DNA of 64,000 nucleotides from Monocercomonoides exilis PA203 (taxonomy: Eukaryota > Protista > Preaxostyla): NCBI GenBank assembly GCA_001643675.2, contig LSRY02000058.1:62001-126000 (forward strand), in the 5' to 3' direction. The translations under genes were made by a program, and so were the position numbers. Position 1 is the first letter of the stretch; each line of letters starts with the position of its first letter. A model generated the notes under the pieces. It saw nothing but the letters and a program-made list of their open reading frames with translations. It was not told the DNA's origin and did not search any database. Of the stretch, positions 1 through 12,513 are shown one piece after another.

Positions 1-1133
1 AGCGCCTCCACAGCCAGAGGTGCCATCGCTTCTTCCAGCTTCCCCTGTTTCTCTTTGATTCTCTCCACAAACTTTCTGTGCGCTGTCGGATACCAGCCTT
101 TCTCCTCATTCCCATCACCTCCCTCTCTCCCTCCATCTTTGCCTCCATCTTCTTCTCCCTTTTCTTCTCCCTCTTCACCATTCCCATTTCCTTCCTCCAC
201 CTCTTCTCTCCCATCTAGCATCGCCAGAGCAATCGCTTCTGGAAATAGAACCACATCCTCCATCCTCAGCCCCGCAGCCAGCATTCCCTTCTCCACAATC
301 TCCCCCGCTTCACACAATGCAACCATTCGCCCCATCACTTCGTCTTCCAGCTTTACCACCACACGCATCGAATGCGGTGATAGTCATATCTGCAGCGACG
401 GGCCAAACAGGTTACAGATCGAGAGGAACGCATTCACATCTGCCGCTGCAAAGATCCGCTTGCTCCCCGACTTCGTGCCCACCGACGCTGCAAGCGAAGG
501 AAGCGGCGCCACCAGCGGAACCGAAAGCATCGCCGAAAGCGCCACATCGTATGCACACACAACACCCCCATACAGCACCCCCCGCCGAGCCACAACATAT
601 CCCCGCAGCGTCTGCAGTGCCCGTGGCGACAGCAGCCTGTGCCGCCCATACACCCCAGCTGCCTCTGGCACCACAATCCGCAGCCGCCTCTCGATATCGT
701 CCATCGCTCCTGCCGACGAGTATGATGCAGCCACTGCCGAGGCATCTGAATGGTCAATTGAAGTAGCTGATGAAGAAGATGATGGCTGATCATCTTCTGC
801 TGCCTTCTTCTCTTCACTTCTCCGCCTCCGGAATGGCGAAGTTGATCGGAGGGCTGCTCCAGTTGAAGAAGACGATGAAGACGATGAAGACGAAGGCGCC
901 GAGCGAAGAAAGAACTACTGTACTTCGAAGGAAACAAGAAGCTTTTTCAGACACCCCACCACGTCTGCAGGCAGCTCCATCGGTGACGCAAACGCAATAT
1001 CCATATTCGGATCAGAAAGATCAACCAGTAGAGAAAGCTCGCTGTTTTCAAGTGGAGGGAAAAGGATGGAAAAAAGTTTCTTCAGGTGAGGAGTTGAAAT
1101 GAGAAGAAAAAAGGGAAGAAGGAGCAAAATCAA
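1..1133 (-). pseudogene. IQCH: IQCH-like (IQ motif-containing H) gene copy, disrupted, running off the window start
   Basis: Minus-strand peptides LENSELSLLVDLSDPNMDIAF, DIERRLRIVVPEA..LLSPRALQTLR..DVALSAMLSVPLV..GTKSGSKRIFAAADV and RVVVKLEDEVMGR match IQCH blocks as I recall them. There is an in-frame TGA at 384-386 and a frame break between the 915-1133 and 384-734 ORFs. Clear nucleotide homology to 49690-50830 in inverted orientation. Confidence 0.7.
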
Positions 1134-2033
1134 TGAAAACTAAATTAATCGATTCGTCAAGCATCAAGCGAATTTATTGAGAGAAAAATGAAAAGAAATA
1201 TTTAGAAATGGAGTGTGCTGTAATTACTATTATTTGTTCATTCTGTTGGATTAAGGCAAAAAATCCACAGCTGCCTTGAGGCATCAGAAAATTTCACAAA
1301 ATGTTTGCCATTCCAACCTCAAAATCAAAAGTCTGTGAAGCTCCAATTCCAGATGAAAGAAACATTCGCTGGATTTGGGTAAGTTTTATTTCCTATCTTT
1401 ATTTTCCATTCGAAAAACAGACATTTTCATTTTCTGAATAAAACATCATTGTTCAACAAGTTTATTAGTTTCTTCTTCGTTTCCATTTTCATTTCTGGAT
1501 CAGATGCAAAACGCGAAGAAAATTAATCAGATAACGTGAATGAAGAAGAGGATAATGAAGATAAAGAGGAAGAAGATGATGATTGATGGGATTAGAACTG
1601 AAATCGAAGGCACAGCTGCACGAAAACATAAAAGTCAATGAATTCCTTGGAGATGAAGATGAGAGTGGACGAGAATGAATGGAATGAGATGGATGTGTTG
1701 ATGCGACAATTTAGAAGAGGTGCAAAATTGTCGATGTTCATTGGAAGATGCTGATGTCGCTGGTGATGGTGAAGCTGCAATGGAACCTTTTACAATTTAA
1801 ATAAAAAAACCGATGTGAAATGCGAAAATAGAGAAGCGAAGCACTGCAATGAATTTGGAAGATGGCACATGAAGAATATTCGAATAAGTGAACAATTTTT
1901 AGTTAATTTGATTCCTAACTTGATCCTGAATTTGACAAACTTCGAATGATAATCATATTGTTTGCACATAATGGATAGAACTTCGAAGAATGAAACCTAG
2001 ATGTAACAGACCTTAGTGTTGTTTAATTGCCAA

Positions 2034-3106
2034 AAAGCACTCGATAATTGGAGAAATCTTCGATGACGTTCCTCATTTGCTTTCATTCGAAAACGGAATT
2101 GGAAACAATTAAGTCGCTTTCCAGGTTTGTCTGGCTCGAATTGAGAATCAGGTGAGCTAAAGAAAAAAATGGTGTTTGTTGGTCCGTTTTTCATTTTCTC
2201 CTTCCTTTTTTTCAACAAATATCCAGATTTCCATATTTCCAACTTCTTTCCTTGCCAAAAATACTTCTCCACTGCATTTCCTTTTTGAATGCTATATAAT
2301 TTTGATTGTTCCAACTTTTTCATTGAATTCCATCCATAAATCTTCATTCAATAAAATAACATTTGAATTTGTTTTCATCTCTTGTTCCAAATAAAAATCG
2401 TATATCTTGTGTAACTTCATTTGTCTCCAAATTGCTATATAATAACCTGCCCCATTCTCATCGTGTTGCACTCCAAAGCGGAGATTGGCCATTTCAACAA
2501 TAATTCATATTCCTGGCCTTTGGACAAGTTGCAGAAGGAAACATCTTCGCAATCAATAGAACAATAAAAATAACATGCATTACGTCTTTTGCGTTTTTAA
2601 TAAAATTGTTGTTTTCCCGTTGGCCATCCAATTACCAAATATCATCAGACAGAATTTCAAATCCAATGAAAATCTATCATTGCCAGCTGTCATCACAGGA
2701 AATTATATTTTCAATTAAACAGAAAATTTTAACTCAAAGATCTCTCATCCAGCCTGTTGTCATTCAGTTTCAAATATAATTAATCGATCAATTCATCCAT
2801 AACAACAAAGAGAAAAAACAAAGCGTTCTTTATCTTTGAATTGCAAATCGAAAATGTCAACACAAGATTTTACAGTTTGAATGAATTTGTATTTTAAAGC
2901 TTTTTTGAGTTTTTATTTTTCATTTATTTCTTCCATCCAAACCTGTATTCGTTCAATGTGAATGTCAAAATTTTGTTGTACTCTGAATACAATGGATTTT
3001 CGTAAATGTAGGGACTAAACATATGTTGCAAATTCACTGGTTTGCAGTTATTGTATCGTTTGAATTCTTCTTAATTGCATTTCTTTTTTATTCTTTTTCA
3101 GAATTA
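2034..3106. repeat. ~1.1 kb segmental duplicate of 32367-33449 (upstream region plus first two introns of the helical-family gene)
   Basis: Long near-identical tracts, e.g. ggagaaatcttcgatgacgttcctcatttgctttcattcg and cagacagaatttcaaatccaatgaaaatctatcattgcc, occur at both places. Confidence 0.95.
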
Positions 3107-4421
3107 TTTTCTGATCTGGAAGATTTCAATGAGAATGAACAGAAACAGAAAATTGAAGAAATGAATGGATTATTGGAAGAAATGGATAAAGAAGAATTCA
3201 AATTAGTTTTCACGAAAGAACTGTTTGATAAAATAAACAAAATGATTGGAAAAAAGAAAATGTCTTTGAACAATGCCTTCCTTCTGTTAAAGCATGCTGG
3301 ATTTTGTCGAGCACTTTTTAAAATTCAGAATTATGATTTTAATGATTCTTCATTATCGGAAAGATTTGAGAAGATGATTATCGATGAAAACAAGAAGAAA
3401 AAGGAAAAGAATGAAGTGCGCTATCTTGATCTTTGTGAATGCTATTTTTTGCTCAACAAATTGTTTTCTTCAGAATTATTATCAATTTGCATTCCCGGTC
3501 TTCTGAAGGTTGCACTAAACAAAGAGAAAAGCGAGGAGACTCAAAAAGAAGTGGAACTGGCTTTGTTGGCAATGGGCGTTATTGAAATAGATCAGGTTTG
3601 AACGACATTTTTATCAATTATTAACATTCATTGGCTTTAATGTGTATGTTCAACAGAAAATTGAAAAAGATCTGTATTTGAATGAGATGAAAGAAATCAT
3701 CATATATCATCAGGAACATCACAATCTGACACGACTTGCTTATCAGTCTGCTTGGCAGTTTTTGATGAACAGATTTGATAATGATAATAGTTTGGAAGCT
3801 GTAATTGTGAATGAGCTGCATTTTGTGAGAGAGGCAATAAAGGAACTGGAAGAGCTGATGAAATGTGTGGATTGGAAAAAGAAAAAAGAAGAGGAAAAAG
3901 GAAAGGAAACGAAAGCACTCACTATTATTTGGAGATGGATAGATACCTTAGGTATTTTCTTCGACTTATGCTCATCGAGGAATGAAGAGTATTCTGTGCT
4001 TGTCGAAAGCATTGTGCAGGCATTTCGAGCAGCGAAGGATAAAAATAGAGAAATAGGCAAGGAATGCTTTTATATATTTGAATCCTTAGCAGAGAATGAA
4101 GCTATAAAAATTGAAGATTTGATAGAAAGCGGAGCTGTTAGCCTCGTTTTGGAGGAAATTCTTCGACCAACAATGGATGACGAAATGACATGCGATTGCT
4201 TGGTATTATTTGTCACATTATCAAGTCGATTGAAAGAAGAAAAGGATGATGAAAAGGAAGAAGAGAAAAGAAAAATAACAAAAAGGAAAATGTTTGAAAA
4301 GTTAGAAGAAGAAGGATACGAAGATATCATTGTAAGCTTTCATGAACCATTTGATTTTCTAGAACAAAAATTTTATTATGAATTATCGTTGGATATTTCT
4401 GATTATTTTGTGAATATTTGA
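2854..4421 (+). CDS. Lineage-specific multicopy alpha-helical (ARM/HEAT-like?) protein, copy 1; join(2854-2874,3012-3039,3102-3595,3657-4421), ~435 aa
   Basis: GT-AG introns splice in phase to give MSTQDFT|GLNICCKFTE|LFSDLED...DQ|KIEKDLYL...YYELSLDISDYFVNI. Paralogous to 21424-22975 and 33197-34770. Confidence 0.85.
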
Positions 4422-5137
4422 GGAGATTGGATGCAGTTCATTTTGTAGCTCAAATAATATTGATCTTTTTTTCATCATTTCGTATTATTGTGGGGGAAAA
4501 AATATAATTTGTAACCTTTTTAATAAATCTTATTAATTGTTTCCACTTCATTTTGATGAAATGAATAAATAAAGAAATAATTAAAAAATAATACTTTTTC
4601 TTTCTTTATTCGTAAATTTACCAAAAATAATTTGTCTGCAAAGCTGTATCATGAGAAAAAAACAGATACAAACAGATTCACACAATGTTATAAACGGCGT
4701 CATTTCTGATCTTTGAAACAACTTAACTTTCAACCAGCATCTTTGCGTGTTTTTCTTTTGCACTGCATGTAATTTCAGTTCTCAGAAAAAGAGAAATCCT
4801 AATTCTGTGAACAAATTTGAAGATTTTAAAGATGAATGTGAATTGGACATAGATCTGTATCGAATTATTTTGTTTAAGTCAATAAAAAGTATTATATTTA
4901 CAAATTATTAACTGTTGTAATTTGTAAAAGATGATATCTCGTGGAATGAAGCAAAAAAATAATGTTAAAAAAAATTAACAGAAAAGAAAATTATCAAATT
5001 CCCATAATATTTTCTTTTATTGAGTTAAGTTTAAAAGTCAATTTATTGATTTTGTGGAGTTTGAAGCGATTTTTCAATGCAATTATTGAAGAAAAGGTAA
5101 AAATCTTTTTGTTGAAATTGGAAAGTCAAAACAAATA

Positions 5138-5495
5138 CAGATATCGCACAAAATACAGGACAAGATCGATTTCACAATAACCGCAAGAGGAATAATTCTG
5201 ATAATTTTCCTCAAAATATATCTCATTTTTAGTAACTCATTTAATATTCAAAACCTTCAAAATAGCTTCATTTGTGCTCAGAGTTAATTATATATAAAAT
5301 CTCAGAGAAACTCAAAATCCTATTTCTCCGAAATTTCAAAAATTGATATTTCTGAGCACAAATGAAGCTGTTTTGATAGTTTCGTGTATCAAATGAGTTT
5401 GTATTGATGAGATATATTTTGAGGAAAATTGTCAGAATTATCACTCTTGCAGTTATTGAGAAATCGATCTTGTCCGGTATTTTGTGCGATATCTG
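5138..5495. mobile_element. MITE family A (Tc1/mariner-pogo type), 358 bp, long imperfect TIRs, TA target duplication
   Basis: TA|cagatatcgcacaaaatacaggacaagatcgatttc... and ...gaaatcgatcttgtccggtattttgtgcgatatctg|TA; the arms pair imperfectly for ~145 bp. Confidence 0.9.
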
Positions 5496-5703
5496 TATTC
5501 TTTAATCTATTTTTATTCATTCTGAATCAAGAAATGCGCGATATATCCGCTTTCACAAAATAACATAATTATCAAAATGGGCTTAAGAAAAAATTCAAGT
5601 TGACAAATACATATGCAATCGAAGGTTTACAAATATTTATTAATGTTAAAAATTATAATCGAATTCATTATTTTTCTGTCTGAAAATTTTTTGTGTTATT
5701 ATA

Positions 5704-6154
5704 CAGTCTAACCGGATATAATCACATCGAATATAATCACATTCGTTTATTATCACATTTTTCGATACACAAACATTTTTGGCATATTTTTCATTCTTTT
5801 CCCATCACATTTTGTCACAGGGCTGAATAAACACAATCACCTTTTTTTTCATTATGTGTGGATTTTTCATTGAAAAATCGATTTTTTGATCAAAAATTCC
5901 TATTTTTCAATTTTTCAAAAGAGTGTTCAAATTAAATTTAATAATGTGCATAAATGATAAAAATTGTTTTCGCAAGTGAAAAAAACCTGTTGTTGTGAAT
6001 GATTTTCAAAAATGGAAAAATTGACCCAAAGTTCATTAATTTATAAATAAATATTTGTTTTTTTCGGTGAAATTTGACATAGGAAATAATCACAATCGGA
6101 TATAGATACAATAAGTTATGCATAAACCGATATGATTATATCTGATTTGGACTG
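5704..6154 (+). mobile_element. MITE family B (pogo/Tigger-like), 451 bp, TA target duplication
   Basis: TA|cagtctaaccggatataatcacatcg ... cgatatgattatatctgatttggactg|TA. Related ~450-bp copies lie at 45883-46332 and 47210-47659. Confidence 0.85.
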
Positions 6155-6156
6155 TA

Positions 6157-6672
6157 TTGGATAGGCACGCTTCAAGGTATAATATCAACCTTTTGAAAAT
6201 ATTTTCAACAGCGAAAGTTGATGTTGTCAGATTGCCTTCACATACATAACACATTCTTCAGCCATTGGATTTTGGCCCAAACACAGAATTGAAAAAACAA
6301 TTGAAACATATGAAAAATTAGCCAACCATTAGAAAAATGCAAGTCCAATTCCTCCCTTTTGTTGAGTCAATCACAAAATGTGCGAACATGGCATTGGTAC
6401 CCATGACAATCAAACACCGATTCTTTGAAGTAGGAATAACCTCTGTAACTTTTCAATGTGTTCAAAACAAAACGATCCGAGAATTGCCTCCAGGAATGAA
6501 AAAGATTGCTCAAAGAAATAGATGGAGCATTTCAGGGAATTTCATGACAACAGATCTCGTAATTCAAGAATTGGAAGAATATGAGAAAGCAAGAAAAAAT
6601 GATGAAAAAACACAACAAAAGCTGAGTATTTTGCAACTGAAATACAAAAAATTGAAACCATTTTTGAATTAG
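6157..6672 (+). pseudogene. Decayed pogo/Fot1-type DDE_1 transposase (C-terminal half)
   Basis: The frame from 6157 reads LDRHASRYNINLLKIFSTAKVDVVRLPSHT*HILQPLDFG, with 35 residues between D2 and D3 and in-frame stops. It continues into ORF 6337-6672. Confidence 0.8.
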
Positions 6673-8365
6673 AAACGAAGGAAAGGCTTTGTTATTTCTG
6701 ATGTATCAATAAGTGATATTGATTCTTAGAATTTTGAAGTTGTAAAGAAAATGGAAAAATACGATTCAGGTTTATCAGAATATAGATCTGATGAATCAGA
6801 TTCTCAAGCTTGTGAAGATTCAGTGATTTCAATCCCAATATTTTTATCATTGAATCAAAAGAATCAATCTGAAATCCAATTTTTTGAGACAAAAAAAAGA
6901 AAAAAGAAGAAAAAGAAGAGAGCAGAAAAGAAGCTGTGTTGACGAAGGATTGTGCATCACTTTTATCCCATGGCTCTGAATCAGAAAATGAATCAGATCT
7001 TTTGACAGTGAAAAAGTTTCAAATAAAAAGAAAAAGTGATGATTGTGACTTTGATTATGAAAAAGAAAAAGCAGACTCTGCTTCTTCGGAGGAACTTGAT
7101 GACCTTCCAAAAATTAATGGAACACGTTCATTGAGAGAAAGCAAATTTCGCAACGATCATTTTTTCAGCTGAGTGCAAAAATTGAAATCGGGGGATAATT
7201 TTTCAAATACTCCAAAATAATTATTATTTCGAAAAGAAATATTGATTAATTTGATTGAACGAAATATCATTAATGAAATATTCATCATTTCAAAGAGTTA
7301 ATTTTTTACAAAAGACAAGCAAATTGATAAATGCCAATCAAACGAATTGAAAACAAATAACAACAGAGCGATAACGAAATATAAGAAAATAGTTATTTTC
7401 CACACTCTTTATATTTTTGATGTTTTCGAATTTCACTTTCACAGACACGAAAACTCTTGAAAATGATGAAATCTCCAAATGCATTCATCTTCCTATCCAC
7501 CTCTCTGATCAACATTCTCCCATCTCTATTGAAACTCCACTCATTCTAATTTTGAACATCCAGCCTTTATCAACTCTTTATGTGATGTCTCTCTCTCTTT
7601 CATTTTCTCATCCCCTTCCTGATTTCCATAACTTTTGAATAATATGAACTCCTGCTTCAAAGAATCGCTTCTTTTCCTTTTTGTTCGAAATATTGTCTCC
7701 TTCCCTTCTCATGCTATTTATTCTTTGGATTGTCGCATTTCCAAGTGTTCCTCTCCAAGCTCCACATTCCTCATTTTCATTCACCAGGAAGTGATCTCTC
7801 AAATACAGATCTTCAATTTTATTGATTTCTATTTTCAATATCCAAAAGATCATTTTGAATGATGTGAAATAAAACAAGCGCGTGAATGTGTTGAATACAT
7901 AAAACGAAATAATGAACTTTATCTCTCGTTCAAGTGTGACACTTTTTGTTGAAATTATTATTTATTATGCAGATGCAAAACATCAAAAACCATTTCACAC
8001 AGACAATATCATTTTTTTAAAATTTGAGGTGAAACAAAAGAAATTTCAAAAAAAAAGAAGTTCAAAATTTGAGAACTATCGGACTATCTTTCTATTTGTT
8101 TTTGAATATCAAAGTGATCCTTCTTTATGTGCATATCAAATTCATTGAACAAAGAAATTGATTGTTTTAACTCATCTGACATAAATTTCTTGTATTTCCT
8201 AATTCACTGCACCTTATGAACTTATCGCAGAAACGCCTTCTGTTGCAACTATTTCAAATATGCTCTGTGGTTTGTAACGTTTAATATCAAATGAAAAATA
8301 ATTTGAAATTTCGTTTCGAGATTTTGATTCTATTTAGTTAACACAACAATGGTTTTCTATAAATA

Positions 8366-8640
8366 TATGGTGCAAAATATTTTTTTTCAGGCATTTTCAT
8401 TGAAAAATTATGCACTTTTGATAAGCTTTTTCATGTTCAGAAAATTTTATAAAAATTGGTTCATTTTTTCACATTGATGGAATGTCACAATTCTTTTCGT
8501 AATTACATCAATGATGGCTATTTGCAGATAAGAAAAACCAATTTATTTTGAAATCTGAGGAAGCAAAATATAGTTATGAGTGAATAGATTTTTTTATTCT
8601 TTGTGCATAAAAAGCTTGAAAGTCTGTATTTTCCCCCATA
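8366..8640 (+). mobile_element. MITE family C, ~275 bp, short TIRs TATGG(T/G)G(C/G)AAAATA
   Basis: Starts tatggtgcaaaatat and ends ttgtgcataaaaagcttgaaagtctgtattttcccccata. Same-length homologues at 45557-45830, 46830-47102 and 47998-48271. Confidence 0.8.
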
Positions 8641-9662
8641 TGCTTTCTCATCAATGAATATTTGAGTTTGTTTGTCTTGTACTTGTCAGGTTGAATAGAA
8701 AAAGAAATTATTCCCTTTATTTGAGTTTTCATTTTTGATTGTTTCCCATAACAATATTCTTTTTTTTTTTTTAATATAGAATAAAAAATAGATGCTTCAT
8801 TTAATATGAAAATAAGAGATTTAAGAAGTTTCTCTCAGGTTTCTTTTCAGTTTTTTTTTTCATAAATAATGTTGTTTTCATTCATCTTTTCAATTAGCTT
8901 CTGATCATAAGGAAACAAAACATTAGTTATAAATAACGCAAAACATTTACTTTTGATTAGTAATTTAAGAGTTTCTAAATTTAAGTAATTTTTGTGACTG
9001 GTTTTTGGATAATTAATAATTGTTCTTCAAGCTTTTAAAGAACGCAAATTGATAAATCGTTAATATTATTTACTGGTCTTAAAAACTGGTTTTCTGTTAT
9101 GAAGAAATGAGTTCTCTAGATTGATTCTGAACTTTTCGAATGAGATAAATTGATAATCACGGAAAAAAATCAATAAAAAATAATTAATATTTACAACGAG
9201 AACGATTTATCCATTTTTCCAAGGAAAATTATTTTGAAGTGTAAAAACATCATAATCCACTTATTATTTTCATTAAATATTTATTTTCATCAATGGATTA
9301 TTGTCGAGGAAGAAAAAAATATTTGATGTGCGGTTTGATAATAAGGTGCGTGTTTTTCACACAATCATTATACTAACAGAAAAAATCAGTTTTTGGTCAT
9401 ATTTTTTGAAATAGATCGGAAAATACTAATTTCAGCATCTTTCATTGTTATTCAAATGATTTAATCTTTTAAAGAAGAAGAAATATTTAGCTAATTTATA
9501 ACCATTTTCGGTTCAGAATTATTTTTTTAATAAAAAAATAAGAGGATGATAATGCATTTCGCTGATGAATATTATTCTCTCACTTATTTAAATAATTGAA
9601 AAATATTTTTATTTAAAACAAAAAAAAAAAAAAACCATATTTTAACATTGCGAAGAAAAAAA

Positions 9663-10922
9663 ATGTCATCGGCGGTATGTTATAACTTATTTTTGTATTA
9701 TTGGTTGATAAAATCGTTTAGGATGAATATTTTGATATCCCAAGACTTCCAGATGAAGCATCATTTCCAACTTTTGTAGGAGCTGGTTTGATAAAATGAT
9801 TTCTATTATATCTTTTTCCTTGAAAGTTCAAATTAATCTTTGAAAAATTTTCAGTTTCTCCTTTTGCACAGCAACAAGGTATAAAAAATCATATGGTTTA
9901 AAATTTTAGCGTTGTAAACCTATCATTTTTTTCATAGAAGATCCTGTTAATCAATCATCCAAATCACCTGCAGCGTCTTCTACTCCTTTAAGCAATGCAA
10001 TTCCAGAAGGTCAACAGGAAGAAGCAAATTTGAGTTCTGCACTCGAAGAGGGCAGAGCAGATTCTCCGAGTTCATCAATATTTTCTGTGGATTATTGGCA
10101 ATTTTATTTTAATGTTACGACTGCTCAAGTTGGTTCCAGAATTAAAGCTTCATTTATGCCACAAACATCTGAACTTGAAAGGCTGTTTTCAACTTCTCCA
10201 GTGGATTTGTTTGTTTTTTTTTGATTGCTTTCTTAAACAGTTTTACAAGTCTAATGTTAGATATGGACCTTTTTGGATAACAATTACAATTGTTTTCTTA
10301 TACTCAATAATTGGGTATTTTTCTTCATCTGAGGCTTCATCTGGAGTTGTTGTTTGTTATTTTATACATATTTGCTGTTCTATTTCACCAATCAAACAAT
10401 TTTTGTATAATTTTATCATGCAATTCTTTTTTAATCAGATTGCAAAAGCATCAACACTGTTTTTGACTATGCTCTATCTTGTCCCGCTGCTTCAAACAAG
10501 TTTTCTTTTTGTATTGCGAGTTATGAAAAGGACAAACGTGTGCAATTTCAATCTTCAAGATAGTATTTTGTTCATCTTTTCTTTTCTATACAAAAAAATT
10601 TTTTTTGAAGAATGATCCTGCAAACAGCCGCTACACGAAATTATCGTTTTTACAGTTGTTCTTAACACTCATATCTTATTTTGGATATACTCTTTCTCCT
10701 TACATCTTCTCTGCAATTCTGTCTTCATTTCCTCTCTCTGCATGGCACTGGATCGTTAATGTGGCTGCTGCTTTGCTATCGAGCATTGTTTATTTTGTAA
10801 ACTCTCAAACATTCTTTGAAGCCTGGCTTGACGGATTGTTTTTGGGTTTTGCAAAATACAGTATATTTGCGTTTCATGCAATAATATCAATCTGCGCTGT
10901 ACTGATAATCCTTCACTCTTGA
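9663..10922 (+). CDS. Yip1-domain Golgi membrane protein (YIPF1/YIPF2-like), about 7 exons
   Basis: Spliced motif SVDYWQFYFNVTTAQVGSRIKASFMP...VDL|YGPFWITITIVF (intron ending at 10260), followed by several TM segments including YFGYTLSPYIFSAIL. Likely ATG at 9663. Confidence 0.85.
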
Positions 10923-11282
10923 AAAATTTCTTTTATTTTTTATTTTCATTTCAAAAGACATAAGCATTCATTTCGTTTGTAGAGTAACTGCGTATGAAAA
11001 GATCTTTGTGAATTTTTTTTCAGTCAATAATTTCTTTTATTATTATTATTTAATTGATCAAATGGGATCTATTTTTTCGACTATTTCTTGAATGAATTGA
11101 ACATAATTGTAAACAACTAAAATTTCTTCTTCTTCTTCTTCTTCTTTTTGTAACATTATCCCCTTACAAATATCAGTATTTTGCAAAAAAGCTGAAAAGA
11201 AGAATATGTTTTTATTTTTGCGAATGCAACACTCCTGCACCAAAACGAAAGCTATCAGAAAAAAACTTAATTTTTCATATAT

Positions 11283-12513
11283 ATGAAAAACATGATAATA
11301 GGAACTTCACTTTTGGAAAGCAATCTCTTTTTGAGTTCAATAATAACTTTATTTTTTGCGCTGCTGATCTTCATTGGAAGCTTTATTTTCCATATTGATA
11401 AGCTGGTGGTTATTTATCCTTTATCTATTCTTTGCACATGTATTACTATTTTCTCTCTGTCCCAGCATGTTTCATTTCACACGGTATGAATATTTTTCCA
11501 CATTAAGTATATCTAAGTTATCATTCGTTATTCAGATATTAGCATTAACTTTAACCATTATTTGTGCTATTAGATTATTTGTGCATTTGAGTTTAAGAAT
11601 TTTTAAAGACAAAAAAGATCGTCGTTTTAATGAAGTCAGAGACAATGTTGTTTTGCGTGGAGTTTTTTCATTTATCGTGTGGTTGTACTCGATTTGCTCC
11701 TTGAGCTTTGTTTGCACTTGCTGTTCATTTGAAGAAAAGAAAACGTTATTCAACGGAATCGACATTACTGGACTCCTTCTCTGGCTCGGAGGATTTATGC
11801 TCGAAACAATTGGAGATTTGCATCTTTTTGTGTTTAAGCATAAAGTGATGAATTATGGTTTGATCTGCAATCGAGGGCTCTTCAAAGTGATGAGACATCC
11901 AAATTATGTTGGAAGCACTTTTTGGATGACTGGGCTTGCGCTTGCTTGCTGGAATGGTTGCAATGGGAAAGGCTGGATTCCGCTCATCTGCAGTTTCACA
12001 TTTTGCATCGGAACAAATTTTCTGACAGGCATTCCGCCTGCTGAGCGGGCATTGCACAGCCATTACGGTAATGAAATCCAGTATCATCTTTATGTCTCCG
12101 CGACGTCTATCTTCATTCCTGTGGTCCCTGTGATAGAGCATACCATGCAATGGATCAGAAGACGTCCTCAGAATATTCCACCGCCTGCTGAAGCGGCGGC
12201 TCATCCAATCTCTCCATCGTTATCGTCAACATCACCAATTTTGACTCCAACTCATCTACAAGCTGAAAGAGATTTGCAAAATTCTCCTCCATCTCTATTT
12301 GATAGTTCTTCGTATTCTCCTGCTCCCCCTGCTGATGTTAGCACTCCACCCGAAATAAACATTTCACCTTCTTATTTCAGACCACATGATTCAATGCACA
12401 GACCCAATGAGATGAAATATCCTCCATCCAATAACGAAGATCAAAAACAGGATCCATTTGAAAACAAATTTCAAAAACAAGATGGAGCAGGGTTATCTCT
12501 TCTCAATCCTTAA
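11283..12513 (+). CDS. DUF1295 / steroid 5-alpha-reductase-like membrane protein; join(11283-11483,11536-12513), ~392 aa
   Basis: Motifs DRRFNEVR, ETIGDLHLFVFK, GLFKVMRHPNYVG, GIPPAE and YHLYVSATSIFIP. Phase-0 GT-AG intron at 11484-11535; Pro/Ser-rich tail. Confidence 0.88.

Noticed and set aside
55-789. 244-aa Ser/Pro-rich plus-strand ORF and neighbouring short ORFs
   Set aside because: Antisense shadow of the GC-rich IQCH-like sequence on the minus strand.
6157-6330. In-frame TAA/TAG as evidence for a TAR=Gln genetic code (used by some oxymonads)
   Set aside because: Conserved genes (cathepsin B, gldA) end in TAA at the expected place, and the TAA in LPSHT*H falls at a Ser/Thr position of a decayed transposase.
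7608-7877. Faint SNF5-like LRDHF peptide
   Set aside because: Too short and surrounded by stops to support a call.
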